DNA of 52,063 bases, filler included, from Circinaria calcarea (lineage: Eukaryota), in NCBI GenBank assembly GCA_051942165.1. It is 3 parts of 3 records of this genome, joined end to end, with 100 filler letters (N's around TTAATTAATTAA, not from the genome) between each part and the next. Parts side by side here need not be neighbours in the genome. Positions count along the whole stretch, not along the records: positions 17,406 to 34,692 come from JAVECS010000276.1; 2 more parts are not named here. One strand, given 5' to 3'. Position 1 is the stretch's first letter. Every line of letters begins with the position of its first letter. This document shows positions 22,100 through 34,412 of the stretch, in pieces. The notes below the pieces were generated by a model, which was not told the DNA's origin, did not search any database, and saw only the letters and a program-made list of their open reading frames with translations. The translations under genes were made by a program, and so were the position numbers.

Positions 22100-24221
22100 C
22101 TAAAATCGATCACGTATCAATATCGTACTCTTGGACCTGGGTATAATGGCTGAACGCCACGAAAAAGTTCTCGGGACTTCTTCGTCCAGCATTCTGCAAT
22201 CGTAGTTATGAAGAACATGCCCCAACATCATTTTAAGGGCGGTAGATGCGTAGAATCTACCAGGACTAACCGTTCAAGAATCAGCATTTGCCATACACAA
22301 CGGATATTTGTAGATAGGCTGATCGGTAGCAAACTGACCAGACACGCTTTCCGGCTCCCCAAATTGGAAACACCGCACCCGTATCCGTGAATCTGGCCAA
22401 TGCGTGCGTATTTTTACCGCTTATCTCCGGGGCGAAGCGGAACCCATCAAATATCATGGGCGAGGGGTAATTCTTAGGATCACGCATGATAGACCTTTGA
22501 GGAACGCAAACCCAGGAGCCGGGAGAAACTTGTGTCCCATCGGAAAAGGTGTAGGAAGTAAGAGCTTTACGGCGTACCGATACTAAATTCCAATTAAGCT
22601 AAGATCTAGATAATGGCCATGAGAAATCTTACTAGAGTCAGAAGGATTAAGGCGAGCCGATTCCTTGATGAAACTATCAAGAAGTGGTAAATTCTCTGGC
22701 TGCCAATCGGAGCCATTTGCCAAAACGGTTGAAAGTTCCTTACGTAAAGGATCGATATATTGTGGATGTAAACACAGATCATAAAGTGCATATGTTAGAC
22801 TCTGGAGATAGTCGTCAGTATGGTGTATTAAGTAGATACATGGAGATAATCACCATGGCAAGTTGATGAACCGAGCCAAACCAGAGCGCAAGTATTTCTT
22901 GAATTACCCTTGTAGCAGTCCATGGATTCTTTCTTGGGGATGAATCAATAATCCATTGTATACAGTCGAGCTAAATCTGATAAGCCCTTAAGTGAAGTAC
23001 TTCACCGATCTGAAAGAGAACTTACTGGCCTGTTTTTATGCTCCATCCCTTGGGAAGTCCGCTGTCGAAGGCGATCATGAACCACAGGAATTAAATATTT
23101 CAGGAGCGTCTTTGAAGCTGGGTTCCCACCTGTGAAGATTAACGCTACGAGCCTATAAGAATTAGTTATTAAACGATTCAAGCCGTGTAGGTAGTACTCA
23201 CGGACTGAGTAAGGACGGAGTAAATCTAAGTGCCTCGCCAGTTCTGAAGACATCCTGTGGGTAGCGTAGCGCCGCGTTCCAAAACTCAGGGTTACCAGCT
23301 GTAGAGAAGGATTAGATTGAAGTTGCTAATGAAATTGAGATTTCCATCAGCTTACATAGGTCGTCTCCAAAGAAAACATGACAATTGGTCTTCACGACCA
23401 CTCTTTTCGCTATGAGGAAAGTTGATACAGTCCTCCAACCTTACGGATAGAGAGTGAATAAGTGATACTTCTCCAAATATGTGGAAGTCCTTACCGCAAA
23501 AATTCTGAAGACCGATGAGTTCGGCTGCAAACGCTTGGGCAATACTTCTTTGTAAAGCCGGCTGTAGGGCGGGAAGATTTGATGTTAATAGCGTCCGTAA
23601 CACACGCATATGCCCAGTACTGTTGGTTGTCATTTCCTCATGCAAGTCATACCCAACCATGGTGTATTTGGGTTGGAACATCTTCTCCATCCTTAGCATG
23701 ATATCTAGGTGCTTGCAACGGGGAATCGTTACACACATCTTTTGCGATTGCATGAAGGGATAACTGGTCCTCCGGAGCCTCACTCAATTCTTTGATATGG
23801 CTCTCGGATGAAATGAGAACATGCCAGCTATCGGGAGTTGCCACAGTAAATGCGTTTCCAGCAGCCTAGACGATAGTTATGCCTGGTAAATATCATTGCG
23901 GTGTTGTAAAAGACTGACTTGGGTGTACTTGGTGGATATCAATTCCGGACCCGAAAATAGATAATTCCAGCCTGAAAAGGGCCAAAACCAAGTATAGCTA
24001 TTAGAGCGGTTGCTTGCCCTTCCACGACTCTTCTGCCAAAGACTTTAGCCCCGCTATGTATCATACTTAGTAAAGGAAAGGGCATTCACCGGACGATAGT
24101 ATGAAATTCCAAGTATCTTTGTCATTCTCCATACAAGGAAAAAGGCAATTAAAAGCCCAGCGAGCCGAGGATGAGCATGGGAACGCTGCTCCGGATGTTG
24201 AACTGAGGTAGGTTGACTCAT
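22100..24221 (-). CDS. Cytochrome P450 monooxygenase (secondary-metabolism type, ~10 exons)
   Basis: N-terminal TM segment, I-helix LWFGSVHQLAM, K-helix LDSFIKESARL, FDGFRF, and heme motif WGAGKRVCPGRFYA with the Cys codon split by an intron. Exons splice without internal stops. Confidence 0.9.
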
Positions 24222-25372
24222 TTTGAGGCTTTATCTCAAGAGAAAGGCGGGTAACAGGCTCGTCGTTATTTTCTATATTCAGGATTCCAAAATCCGCATA
24301 GTCAGTTCTTGATTCTGAGGATATATCAATCGTATATATATAATAAACGGAAAAATTACATGAAGTAATGTTTGAACGTATTATAAGCGGGTTTCAGCAA
24401 GGAACAATAGCACGCCATAAGTGGGACTGCAAAGTTATCGGCGTCCAAAGAGGCCTTACTTACACTGTAAATCTAGCGAGTTGAGCTATGGCTGCGAGCT
24501 AATAGGTTTGCCATACTAAAGCTCCGGACAGGGGATCAGTGAGTTCGTCTATGACTAGTTACATATTTGCTGTTGCCTTGGGGCACATAATAGCGCAGAA
24601 ACCTTCAACTAGGAGGCGGTCATCAAAACTCTGGATTTGCATGTCTTATCTGTAAGTACGAATATTGACGGTCAGCGAACAAATATTGCAGTACCCTCTT
24701 TGAGACCAGGAGAAAAACCCCTAACCGAAATGCTGCCGCTCCAATCTACAAGTTGCTTGCGTTAATGCGGGTGTCAATTTTGGTGATCCACAGATTAGTG
24801 CTGCAGTAGCCCCGTCTGCTCCGATTCTGCTCCCTTGTAGGCCAGGAGTTATTATGAATCTAAATCGAATAGATTTGTTGCAATATGCATACACCCTCAG
24901 CTATTACTACCCTGTATAATCGCATGTGCATGCTGTCGGAAGTCATGGGGCTTACCGAGGCATGTGTTGCATAGGAGGTCCATGCTTGACACTTCCTACA
25001 CACCATAAAAGCACTTTTTCGTAGCATAGATAGTTCCTTAGTGACACACACTCAGGTAGCATGAATGCCACAATACATTTCGCTACCCAACACATGGACG
25101 GGCTTATATCCGACGAACTTTAGCCTGACTGTACAAGCTAGGGTCTCCAATCAGCTATTATGTCATCAAATTCTCTTGGTGATGTCTAAGTGACTTAAAT
25201 TACCACGGGTAAGCCGTATCCTAGGAGCACCTCTAGTCCCACAGACCGCCAAATTGATTGGGGCCTTACACTAGACAATGCCATAAGAATGCACCGTTAA
25301 AGAAGGAAGAAACAAACTCAAAAACTTGAGGCTTAGGAACAGTGCCCTCAGCTCACTGCGAACCACTTTTAT

Positions 25373-27317
25373 TCATCTTGTAGACTGCTTAACACTTAGA
25401 ATGACATCATCCCCTCCCTCCGGAGCCATGACTCCCAAGGATGGCTTCCACTCCGCAAGCCTTGGGAATTTCTGGGGTAGCCCAGGGCTAGTCCCCGGAG
25501 CACCATCCGTTGTAGCCAATGCTATATCAAAACGATATAGTATGAGCGCTATGAAAATGCTCACCTCTTGCCGGGCGATGAACCTTCCCGGACAATAGTT
25601 CGAACCGCCACCAAACGGTCGAAAACTGGGGCTTCGGATTAGGTCTTTGTTGTTCATAAATCGCTCTGGACTGAAGGTGTATACATCTTCACCAAAAGCA
25701 TCTTGATTGCAATGTAATTGGCGATAAGGAATAATGACCCGCTTGCCGCTTCGTAGAACCTTACCACCAATCTCTGTAGGACTAACGACCGTACGTACTG
25801 AGGCTGAAGCTGCTGTCAAACGTAATACTTCGTAAAAGGTAGCCTCCAAGTATGGGCATCGTTGTAGGAGATATTCCAAGTCAATCTGGTCGTTTGAAAA
25901 CGCAGGAGCTGTTTCAGAGCGGATCAAACATAGGAGTTCTTCGTTATGAAGAAGGTAGGCAATAATCCAGAAACAGATCTTGAATGTATTGGCGTTGACT
26001 CTAGACGTAAGTATTAGAATACGAGGGGTCAAGATAGATACTATGAAGCAAATGCTCTCCAACGGATTATATCGAGCTGTTTGACTTACCCCCAATAAAT
26101 CAACAACATCAAGGCTGCGATATCATCCTCAGTCATACCAAGAGCTCTCTGTTCAGCTTCCAATGTCCGGACAAACCACGTTTCTCCTAATCTCTCGTCT
26201 TTGGGCAACCTAAAGTAGGTAGACATGGCATGAACCATTTTTGTTTTCGCGGCGAACAACTCTTTACTCAGTAGACGAGGATAATGATAGATTAGCTTCC
26301 AGCCATGATTATCAAAATCAAGGAAGTATCGTGGTAGATCTGGCTCAATCAATAAAAGGCGCTCGCCAAAAAAAACATGTGTTGAAGCTATAATTAGAAC
26401 ATCTGCGCACCACGAGAAAAGTGAGATGGTTTTTTCTTGCCGAGTAGAACACAAAACATATTTTTCTTCGATGGCTCCCCAGCGCAAAGACGTGTCAAGA
26501 GAGTGCAGAAATTTGGTTCCGAGACGGTCGAGATTCTCCCCTGGAAGCAGTTGTTGCTTATGGAAATCAACCGTCAAACGAGCCAGGCTCTTCTGCTGAG
26601 GATTTGGGCTTAGCATGTTATGCCCAATCCCAGTCGGATCCTGAAACATCATAGACACAGCAATAGGCTTGGTTCCAATAGCAATCATCATATCCTCGAT
26701 GAAACCGTCATAAGAGAGGCTACTATTATTTTTGAAGGCATCTGATACATCTTTAGGAGATGTTAATACATATAGCTTTTCTCCAGCTACCGTAAGCGCA
26801 AAGGGTTGCCGGGTATTCTTGAAATATAACCTGCTGCAATATTAGCCCTAATATATATTTATATTTATTCAACTCGATAAGAGAAGCAGATACAAGAAAG
26901 GAAATAAATATGGGATAAACTATACCTTCCATATGTTAAGGTCGAGTTGGAGTTCCAGAAAAATGATATTGCGTGGCCTTTAAAAAAAAGAATTAATTAT
27001 TACTGTTTTTATAAAGGCTTGGTTTCCTTTATATTTAAAAGGTAAGGAGTACCTAGAACTATGATATCAAGATATTAGTATGATAGATATCGAGACAAAG
27101 GGGGAAAGAAAGGGAGCTTACATGGTGTCCAGTATGGGACTTCCTTTGGCTCATCTGGGCGCAGAAGAGGGAGAATCGAAAAAGTTACAAGCCGCCAAAG
27201 GAGTAATGCCGTGATCAAGGCAGGTATGAAAAGTTTTCCCAACACACTTCGGTTTTCGAACAGCCCATCGCTATAAGACTGGAGGAAAAGCCAGCGAACG
27301 GCATCTTCGAAGAGCAT
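25373..27317 (-). CDS. Cytochrome P450, CYP7/CYP8-like fungal group
   Basis: N-terminal TM segment, PYWTPFLGHA (needs 6-nt microexon 27053-27058), I-helix YWGVNANTF, EVLR, FSPERF, and heme motif PFGGGSNYCPGRFIA. Confidence 0.9.
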
Positions 27318-28508
27318 GTTTGGGTATTGATTCTAGAGCTATTTGGCCAGTTGCTAATTGAGTTATCCAAAAGATTGACAGGACAGTAGACGCTTAGCGA
27401 ATGCTTGAAAGACGCTGCGTTGATCGGGACGATTCAGGTCAAGGACGGCAAGCCTTTGGTGCGAACCGCATTTATAGGTTTGGCCAGTCATTGCTTCACT
27501 CCGGGTGTGTAGAATAATAAAACCCGACCAGCTAGCCCTTCAAAGCGCCAACAATCACCGATCGATTCACTCTCCCTTGTTTCTAATGATACATACATAC
27601 CAAGTACGTGATACCTGGCTGTGATAAATGCAGCTCTATCAGTGTGGTAGCACAAGGCTATGAAGTGGATAAGGCAAGCCACGTCCTTGCAGACAAACTT
27701 AAAGTAGTAAGGGGGTCTTTATCTTTCTGTCGCGCCTACGAGCAGTGGACAAAAGCTCTGATCTTCTCCCTGAAGGACAATCTAGACTCTGTTATGAGGG
27801 GTAATGCAGCGGCACAGATTCCTGACGAAGTCGATCTTTCCTGCAGGTAATATGGTGAGGATGATTATTCGCCATGAGCTGATGGTCTCGGGAGCTGTCG
27901 GGGTTGTTGCCTAGATTAAGCGATATTTTATAAGCGAACTTGTCGTCTAATACACCTTCCCTGTAAATCATGTAACTAGCTGTTAAGCATGCGAGGCATA
28001 TTAAATGGAAACATTGCATATGGGTGAAGTAAGAAGCTTCGAATCTATCGTGATCCGAGCCGGCAACGCTTCCTACAGGTGAACCAGCTATACTGCTCTA
28101 CCCGTCTCTCTGCTATTGGTCCAGCCGTGTTTCGATCGTTACAGCCTCGTGTGATGTGCATCCATCACCTTTTACGGAGGCACCAAGCAAAACATCCTTC
28201 ACGCAAACTCAGGTCGATGCATTGCATGCATAACGGCCTCGACTGGCAGGTCTGCCTGCATCATTTGCTACGCCACTTGAACCCGCCCCACTTACTCAAT
28301 GCCAAAGCAACGATTTACATTGCATACTGTGAGGCATACCGAACTAAGATTTTATCATAGCCTCCCGTCAAATATGCTCTAGTACTTGCAGCTGTGTTAT
28401 CAGTTTACCAGTGCCTCGCCGCAGTGAAGAGCGTTCAGGGTTGTGCAAGGTCCCACTCTCCTTTCTTGTAACTCATGCTATTCGCCATTCCCAGTCTTCA
28501 CAACCAAG

Positions 28509-30263
28509 ATGCCTTGGCCTATGCCATTGTCGAGCCTAGCTGTGATCCCCCTGATCTTGTCTGTCTTCTTTGTTCAGCAATGGATACCTGGTACTGATAG
28601 AACATTTCTTCAGTGCTCTGCTCTACAAGTAGCCCTCGGCAGCAGAGTGTTGTTTCCGGGCAAAGGTGCCTACAGCGCCTCGATAGAATCATACTGGTCG
28701 CAACAGGAGCAACAGCTGTCTCCCGCTTGTATCGTCACTCCACGAAACACTAAAGATGTGGCTACAGCTGTATGGGTGTTGAATACTGTCGCATACACGG
28801 TCGGTGCTATTGGTGGCCGCCAGTGCCACTTTGCTATCCGTGGTGGAGGTCATACACCTTGGGCTGGCAGTGCTAACATCGAAAGTGGTGTTACTCTTGA
28901 TCTTAATGGCATGCGAGATGTGTCTATCAACTCTGAACGGACCATCACCTCCGTAGGGGCTGGTGCCAGATGGATTGATGTCTATCTCAAGCTAGATGCG
29001 ATGAATGTCTCGGTGTCAGGAGGACGGGCCTCAAACATCGGGGTGGCAGGACTGATTACAGGAGGTAAGCCTTATTTCTATAAAACACATCTCATATTCT
29101 AGCGAGCACTTCTTCTTATACGACCGTTCAAATCACAACCCTAGATTGGGACGGCGTCAAAAAAGGTGTACACTTAGGCTGGTGAATGGTTACTTTAACT
29201 AAATTCTGCCTCTTAGGTGGCATGTCTTTCTTCGCCCCTAGATATGGTTTTGCCTGCGATAACGTCGAAAACTTTGAAATCGTCCTTGCCAGTGGAAATG
29301 TTGTCAATGCCAATGCAAAGGAGAATCCCGATCTTTGGTTTGCATTGAAAGGTGGATCGAATAATTTTGGCGTAATAACACGCCTTGATTTGAGAACATT
29401 CCCTCAGGAAAAACTCTGGGGAGGACTAGTCTATTATCCGATTGAGACCCAACCAGCTCAAGTCAAGGCATTCCAGGCACTGAACGCAGCATCCGATTAT
29501 GATACCTATGCCTCCGCAATAAACACCTACGGATACAGTGCTGCAATGAAAAGTTGGGGCGTTTCAAACTATCTAATGTACACGAAGCCCAAGGCATACC
29601 CAGCAACTCTAGCCCCTTTTACCGATATCAAGCCTCAGCTTTTCAGCACCCTACGCACCTCAAATTTAAGCGATTTTACGCTGGAACAGGGTGGATATTC
29701 ACCCTCTGGTCAACGGTATGTTCTCTCTTCAACGCTAGAAATGTCCTTTCGAGCTACGCTTTACTAAGAGAGTGTCCAGCTACCTCTTTGAGACCAGAAC
29801 TTTTGGTAATGACGCAGTTTTCCTCAACAGGGTCTTTGACATCTTCAACGCCACCCTCCCTCTGATCATCGACACGCCCGGTTTACTCACCAGCCTAATT
29901 TTCCAAGCACTACCAGCTTCCATCACGGAAAAGTCCCTCGCCACGGGCGGTAATGCTCTCGGCCTCGATCCCACCGTTGGACCTCAAGTTCTAATGCTCA
30001 TCTCCTTCCAGTGGGCTAACGAAGCAGACGACAAGATCATCCGTAAAGCAGCAGACACTATATTCGCCCAAGTAGACGTCGAGGCCAAGGCCCGGAAGCT
30101 GGGGCATCGTTGGTTGTACCTTAACTACGCAGCTGCCTGGCAGACTCCGATTGATGGTTATGGACCTTCGAATAAGGCGAGGTTGCGAGCGGTGAGTAAA
30201 AAGTATGATCCACGCGGACTGTTTCAAACCGGTGTACCGGGGGGGTATAAGTTGTGGCCTTGA
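28509..30263 (+). CDS. FAD-binding oxidoreductase, berberine-bridge-enzyme/VAO family, probably secreted
   Basis: Hydrophobic N-terminus, FAIRGGGH (covalent-FAD His), VGAGARW, GGMSFFAPRYGFACDNV, LKGGSNNFGVIT, and C-terminal YLNYA..KYDPRGLFQ. Introns at about 29065-29216 and 29716-29779. Confidence 0.92.
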
Positions 30264-30910
30264 AGGCGAGCGGGATTCAATCTCGTTAGAGTTCACTAGA
30301 CTCATAGTGGAACGGTCCTTGTTGGCTGGCTGTTGTATGTTTTTGCCTTTTGCACCTCCTTTCTTTCCTGACAAAGTAAGAGGCCTTCGGGTTGGGCGAG
30401 CGTCGGTTGATCTGACTATCTAATTAAGGAGTACGGAGGAAGGGGGCGAAATTGGAGCAGTAATCGAGACAATCACATTCTAATTACTTTTGCGTGAGGT
30501 TCAAGTCACATACATGTTCAGGTCCAATTTTAGTAGGCCGTAGATGGGGCTTAAGCGAGGGATTGTGCAGTCGAGTCGGGAATTCGGGGAACTCTCTGAT
30601 CCAGCCATAACTTAATTGGCTATCTAGAATTTTTAAGCCCACTCGCAGCCTTAGGAGCTCTATTGCATTGAGTTATCCAGCTTACGGACTTATCAAAAGC
30701 AAGAGATGGAAGTCTGGCCAGCATTACACTTACTATATACACAGAACTCTCGTCATAGAGATTGGTAAGTAGTGGGTGAACACGAGGCGTGAGCCTAACC
30801 TTCTCAAGACTTGAGAGGGTTATCAGGAAAACCGGGGAAACCTGGGTCTATACGAACCCTCGCGTACGTTTGCCTGAAGCCGTAAAGGCTATTACGGGTA
30901 TCCAAGTTGT

Positions 30911-32328
30911 TTATTTTACCACGGCCACGATAACCCCATCACGCAGGTCCTGTGTGTATGTATAGACTGCCTGCATCTTCAACCCTGCTCTATCTAGTAG
31001 AGCGCGCCATTGTATCTCCGACCTCTCTATCGACGCTAGACTTGCCATCATAGCGATATCCAGCTGTGCGGCGTGCCAGTGGGTATTAGTTTCCGGAAGG
31101 ATCTTCTCGTCTATCAGGATCGCAGAGTCTGCGGACATGGCTGCCATTGTGTTTTGCAGAAGACCGACGCACTTCTCGTCAGGGAAGTCGTGGAGAACAT
31201 TACGCATATAATAATACGACGCCCCTTTTTCCAGGTCAGTTGGATTACTTGTGGCTATGGTACATCACACACGTACCTTTGACCGGCTGTGGGTTCCAGA
31301 AATCATGTTCCATATGCTCGACGCCCTCCACGGTCACGGCGTGTGCAATTGTTGTGGGAAGATCTTGCAGGACTATTCGCCTGGTGATAGTTGGAATCTT
31401 CCTCTTGAGGGCAGCACATTGTTGGCCCAACCCGCCGCCGATATCGACAAAGAGCGGGGCTTCTAATTGAGGATCCCGGGAGAGCCCTTCAAGTGGAAAG
31501 ACATCTAGCCAAGTTTTCTGGTTTTCTCGCTGCACCGTCATCCAAAGGTTGAAGTCTTGCATCAAGCGAGGCTGACTGATAGCCCATGCGAATGCCGATA
31601 GATCGGTGTTGTGAGCGGCCTGAAACGGCGTATGGAGAACGTCTGACGGGTTCCTGTAATTGGTCTGGACCAAGAACTCGGGCAGAGCTACCCAGCAGGG
31701 TAATTGAGCATCAAAGCTGAGAAACGCAAGCAAGTCAGCTTAGTCTTGATCATTTGGAGGGGCAGACATACTGGTGTTCAACTCCCGCTCTGAAACCCGG
31801 GATGCTCAGGCTTCGGGTATTGTGCGTGGCCGCATATCTGTCTTCCTCTTGCTCCTCAAGCATCCCGAAAGAGGCCAGATACCGAAGGATGCGCTCTAGC
31901 AGAACTCGTGAGTCGCAAAGGCCGTGAAGGTATTGTTATGTAAATACATATGTGAAGAAACCTCACTTAGTAAAGTATAGTCTGTATTAGTTGTCATTGC
32001 AAGCTCTGTAGCGCTTATAGAGGGCGTTCCATTGGCCAAAATCTCAAATAGCCTCAAGTCGATGGCAATTTTGCACATGGATAGTTGTAGAGGCTATTGC
32101 GGTTTAAGATATAGTCAGCAAGGCGTCGAAACATGTTGAAAACATTTTGAACTAACTTACAGCGAAGGAAATGCGATTAACGGTCTCAACCGGAGCTTCC
32201 ACAGCGGATGAGAGCTCTCGAATGGCATCGTATAACTCTCTGCGCAAAGACTCGTCCTGCGGCACTTGATGCTTGAGAGTTTTAAGCTGAGAAATGAGAC
32301 CCCGCAGGTCCTGAGTGGACGATGCCAT
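30911..32328 (-). CDS. O-methyltransferase (Methyltransf_2 family), 5 exons
   Basis: Winged-helix N-terminal part (IAIDLRLFEIL..RILRYLAS), SAM motif LFVDIGGGLG, VLQDLP, HDFWNPQPVKGA, catalytic YMRNVLHDFPD, and ERSEIQW. Confidence 0.93.
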
Positions 32329-33089
32329 TCTTACTCTTGGCTGCCAGAAAACTAAAATTCCTGAGGTCCAATGCCTCAAGTGTGGGCAAGATAGATGTTG
32401 CCCTGGTTTCTCAGGCAGAAAAAGGATGTGAAGGTGCCATCAGTGCTTGTAAGCTTATCATTGCTTTGTGTATTATACAAGGCGAATGAATCTGGTCTGT
32501 ATGTATTAAAAACTGTATAGAAATCTAACAGTGTAATTGATGTTCCTGGTCCCGATTGTGTCTAGGCTGGTCGATACAATCCGCCTTCTTCACACCCATG
32601 CATAGCCTCCTTCAAATCTTTTCAAGTTGCTATAGTGCATGGCCGCTTCATTGGTGGCATACTGCGCATTGTGTGGATATGGTTGAATCTGAACGCTAAG
32701 GTAGTGTGATCCATCCAGAATTCGATTGCTTATCATACCGTTGCACTTTTTCGGGGTCTATTTTTTTGGGGGCGATCTCCGCAAGACCTTCGACGGCTCG
32801 GGTCGCCTCTAGCGTCGATCTAAAACACCTTCTGATTTGCTGGAGTATATTTCGCTGCTGTTAAATATAGAGCCGAGTATACCGTATGCTATACAGAAGT
32901 TCTGTATGGCCCGTATTAGTACTAGCGTGGGCTGCAGAGTATTCCCCTTGGCTTCGCACTTTGCGAACCATACAACATATACATAAGGTTACACAATATA
33001 TCGACTATTGCGTACACTTCCAATACCGTCCCAATGCATTGCTTAAGTCACTCCCTGCTGAACCTTTAACAGCTGCCAATTAGAAATTA

Positions 33090-33578
33090 TACTGTGGTCG
33101 GATGGGAAATAATTCAAAGTACGATCTGCAAAAACCGGGAAATTGATTGGTCTTTACATCCAAATTATACCTTTTTTTGCCAAGCCTACTATGAATTATC
33201 TCCCCTGCGATCACAGTAGTACGATCTGCAAATACCGGGGAGTCGATTGATCATTACATACAGAATATACTGTGGTCGCGTTGGAAATAGTTCGTAGTCA
33301 AATACCGGGGAGTCGATTGATTATTACATACAGAATATACTGTGGTCGCGTTGGAAATAGTTCGTAGTTGGCGCTAGTAGATCAATGCCTATGACAGTTA
33401 AAACTCCGCAGAGGCTTTGTTATTACATCTAGCATTCCGTATGTATGCCATTTGCATCAGTTAGAATAGGAAGAAGATTTAGAATACCTAAAGATATAAG
33501 TAAATTTACGATAGTCTGAGTAGGGAGTTCAGTGATTTTGGCGCCGAGATACGAACTATTTCCCACGCGACCATAGTA
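33090..33578. repeat. Nested direct and inverted repeat array
   Basis: A ~30-bp unit A (TACTGTGGTCGCGTKGGAAATAGTTCGTA) occurs at 33090(+), 33188-33218(-), 33268(+), 33338(+) and 33550-33578(-). A ~50-bp unit B occurs at 33119, 33219 and partially at 33299. A 70-bp tandem duplication (33229-33298 / 33299-33368) has 1 mismatch. Confidence 0.9.
33338..33578. mobile_element. Putative MITE (~240 bp, ~29-bp TIRs, TA termini)
   Basis: The 5' end TACTGTGGTCGCGTTGGAAATAGTTCGTA matches the reverse complement of the 3' end, TACTATGGTCGCGTGGGAAATAGTTCGTA, at 27/29. The interior is AT-rich and non-coding. Confidence 0.55.
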
Positions 33579-34412
33579 AATCTTCAAACCACGGGTCGTC
33601 CCGAGCCCTCAAGGCTTACCATAGTACCGCGAATAGCTATAAGATGACGTCTTCGCCTAATCTCTGCAGAGATCGCCCCCAGAAAATTGGTAAAAGCGGA
33701 TAGGTACCATTTCTTCCCTCATCTTCCCTGCACTGCAATGCCGCATATAATCTTGCGGTTCAGAGTGTCTGTCACTAACGACTACATCAGATAATCCCAC
33801 CTGAATAAGGCGTGCGTGCGGAAATATTATGCTGGCGCTATATACATGGCAAACCATGTATGCATACTAGTTTTCCCTCACACATCCCCCCACGGAAATG
33901 GAAAGTGTCAACCGCCTACGCGTGCCACCCCCCATTATTTAAGGTGGCTGACTTTCGCTTGATTCCTGTGCGAATCATCCCTTAAGCCGTGCTTAAAAGA
34001 TGACGTTCGGGGAATTGATTTACGCAGCTATTCTTTATTACGTAGTAGGCTTTCTTCACCGCGCAAGCACTATACCTAAAGTGGGAGGTGGTATGGAGCT
34101 TCCAGTAGGGGTTGCAGAATGGCAACGCCGCGACTGGGCAGTGCAGCCTGGATGCTCAGTGCAATGTGCACTGATAGTGCAGTCAAGAAGTGTATACAGG
34201 GTTATATGCCCGAGGGTAAGTACTACTACTGGCGCTGGGTTGCATCCTTTTCCACATCAATAATGCGGTTTACTGAATTTTGTGCTTCTGCTATATTGGG
34301 TGCTCTCGCGTCAATATCTCCATCCTTATGTTAATCTTGCTTGAGTTGTATGCCAGCATACAATCATATACTATCAATTACGCGTACAACTGATTCTGTC
34401 TCCCTACCTTCA

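Noticed and set aside
27608..27850. 80-aa ORF between the P450 and the FAD oxidase
   Set aside because: GTG start, no motif, and it lies in a divergent promoter.
28048..28058. TCG-N5-CGA AflR-like site (also CCG-N5-CGG near 21430)
   Set aside because: It does not fit the stricter TCGSWNNSCGR consensus, and I could not find the same motif repeated in the other cluster promoters.
33090..33578. CRISPR-like array
   Set aside because: The intervening sequences are themselves repeats, the units occur in both orientations, the context is eukaryotic, and there are no cas genes.
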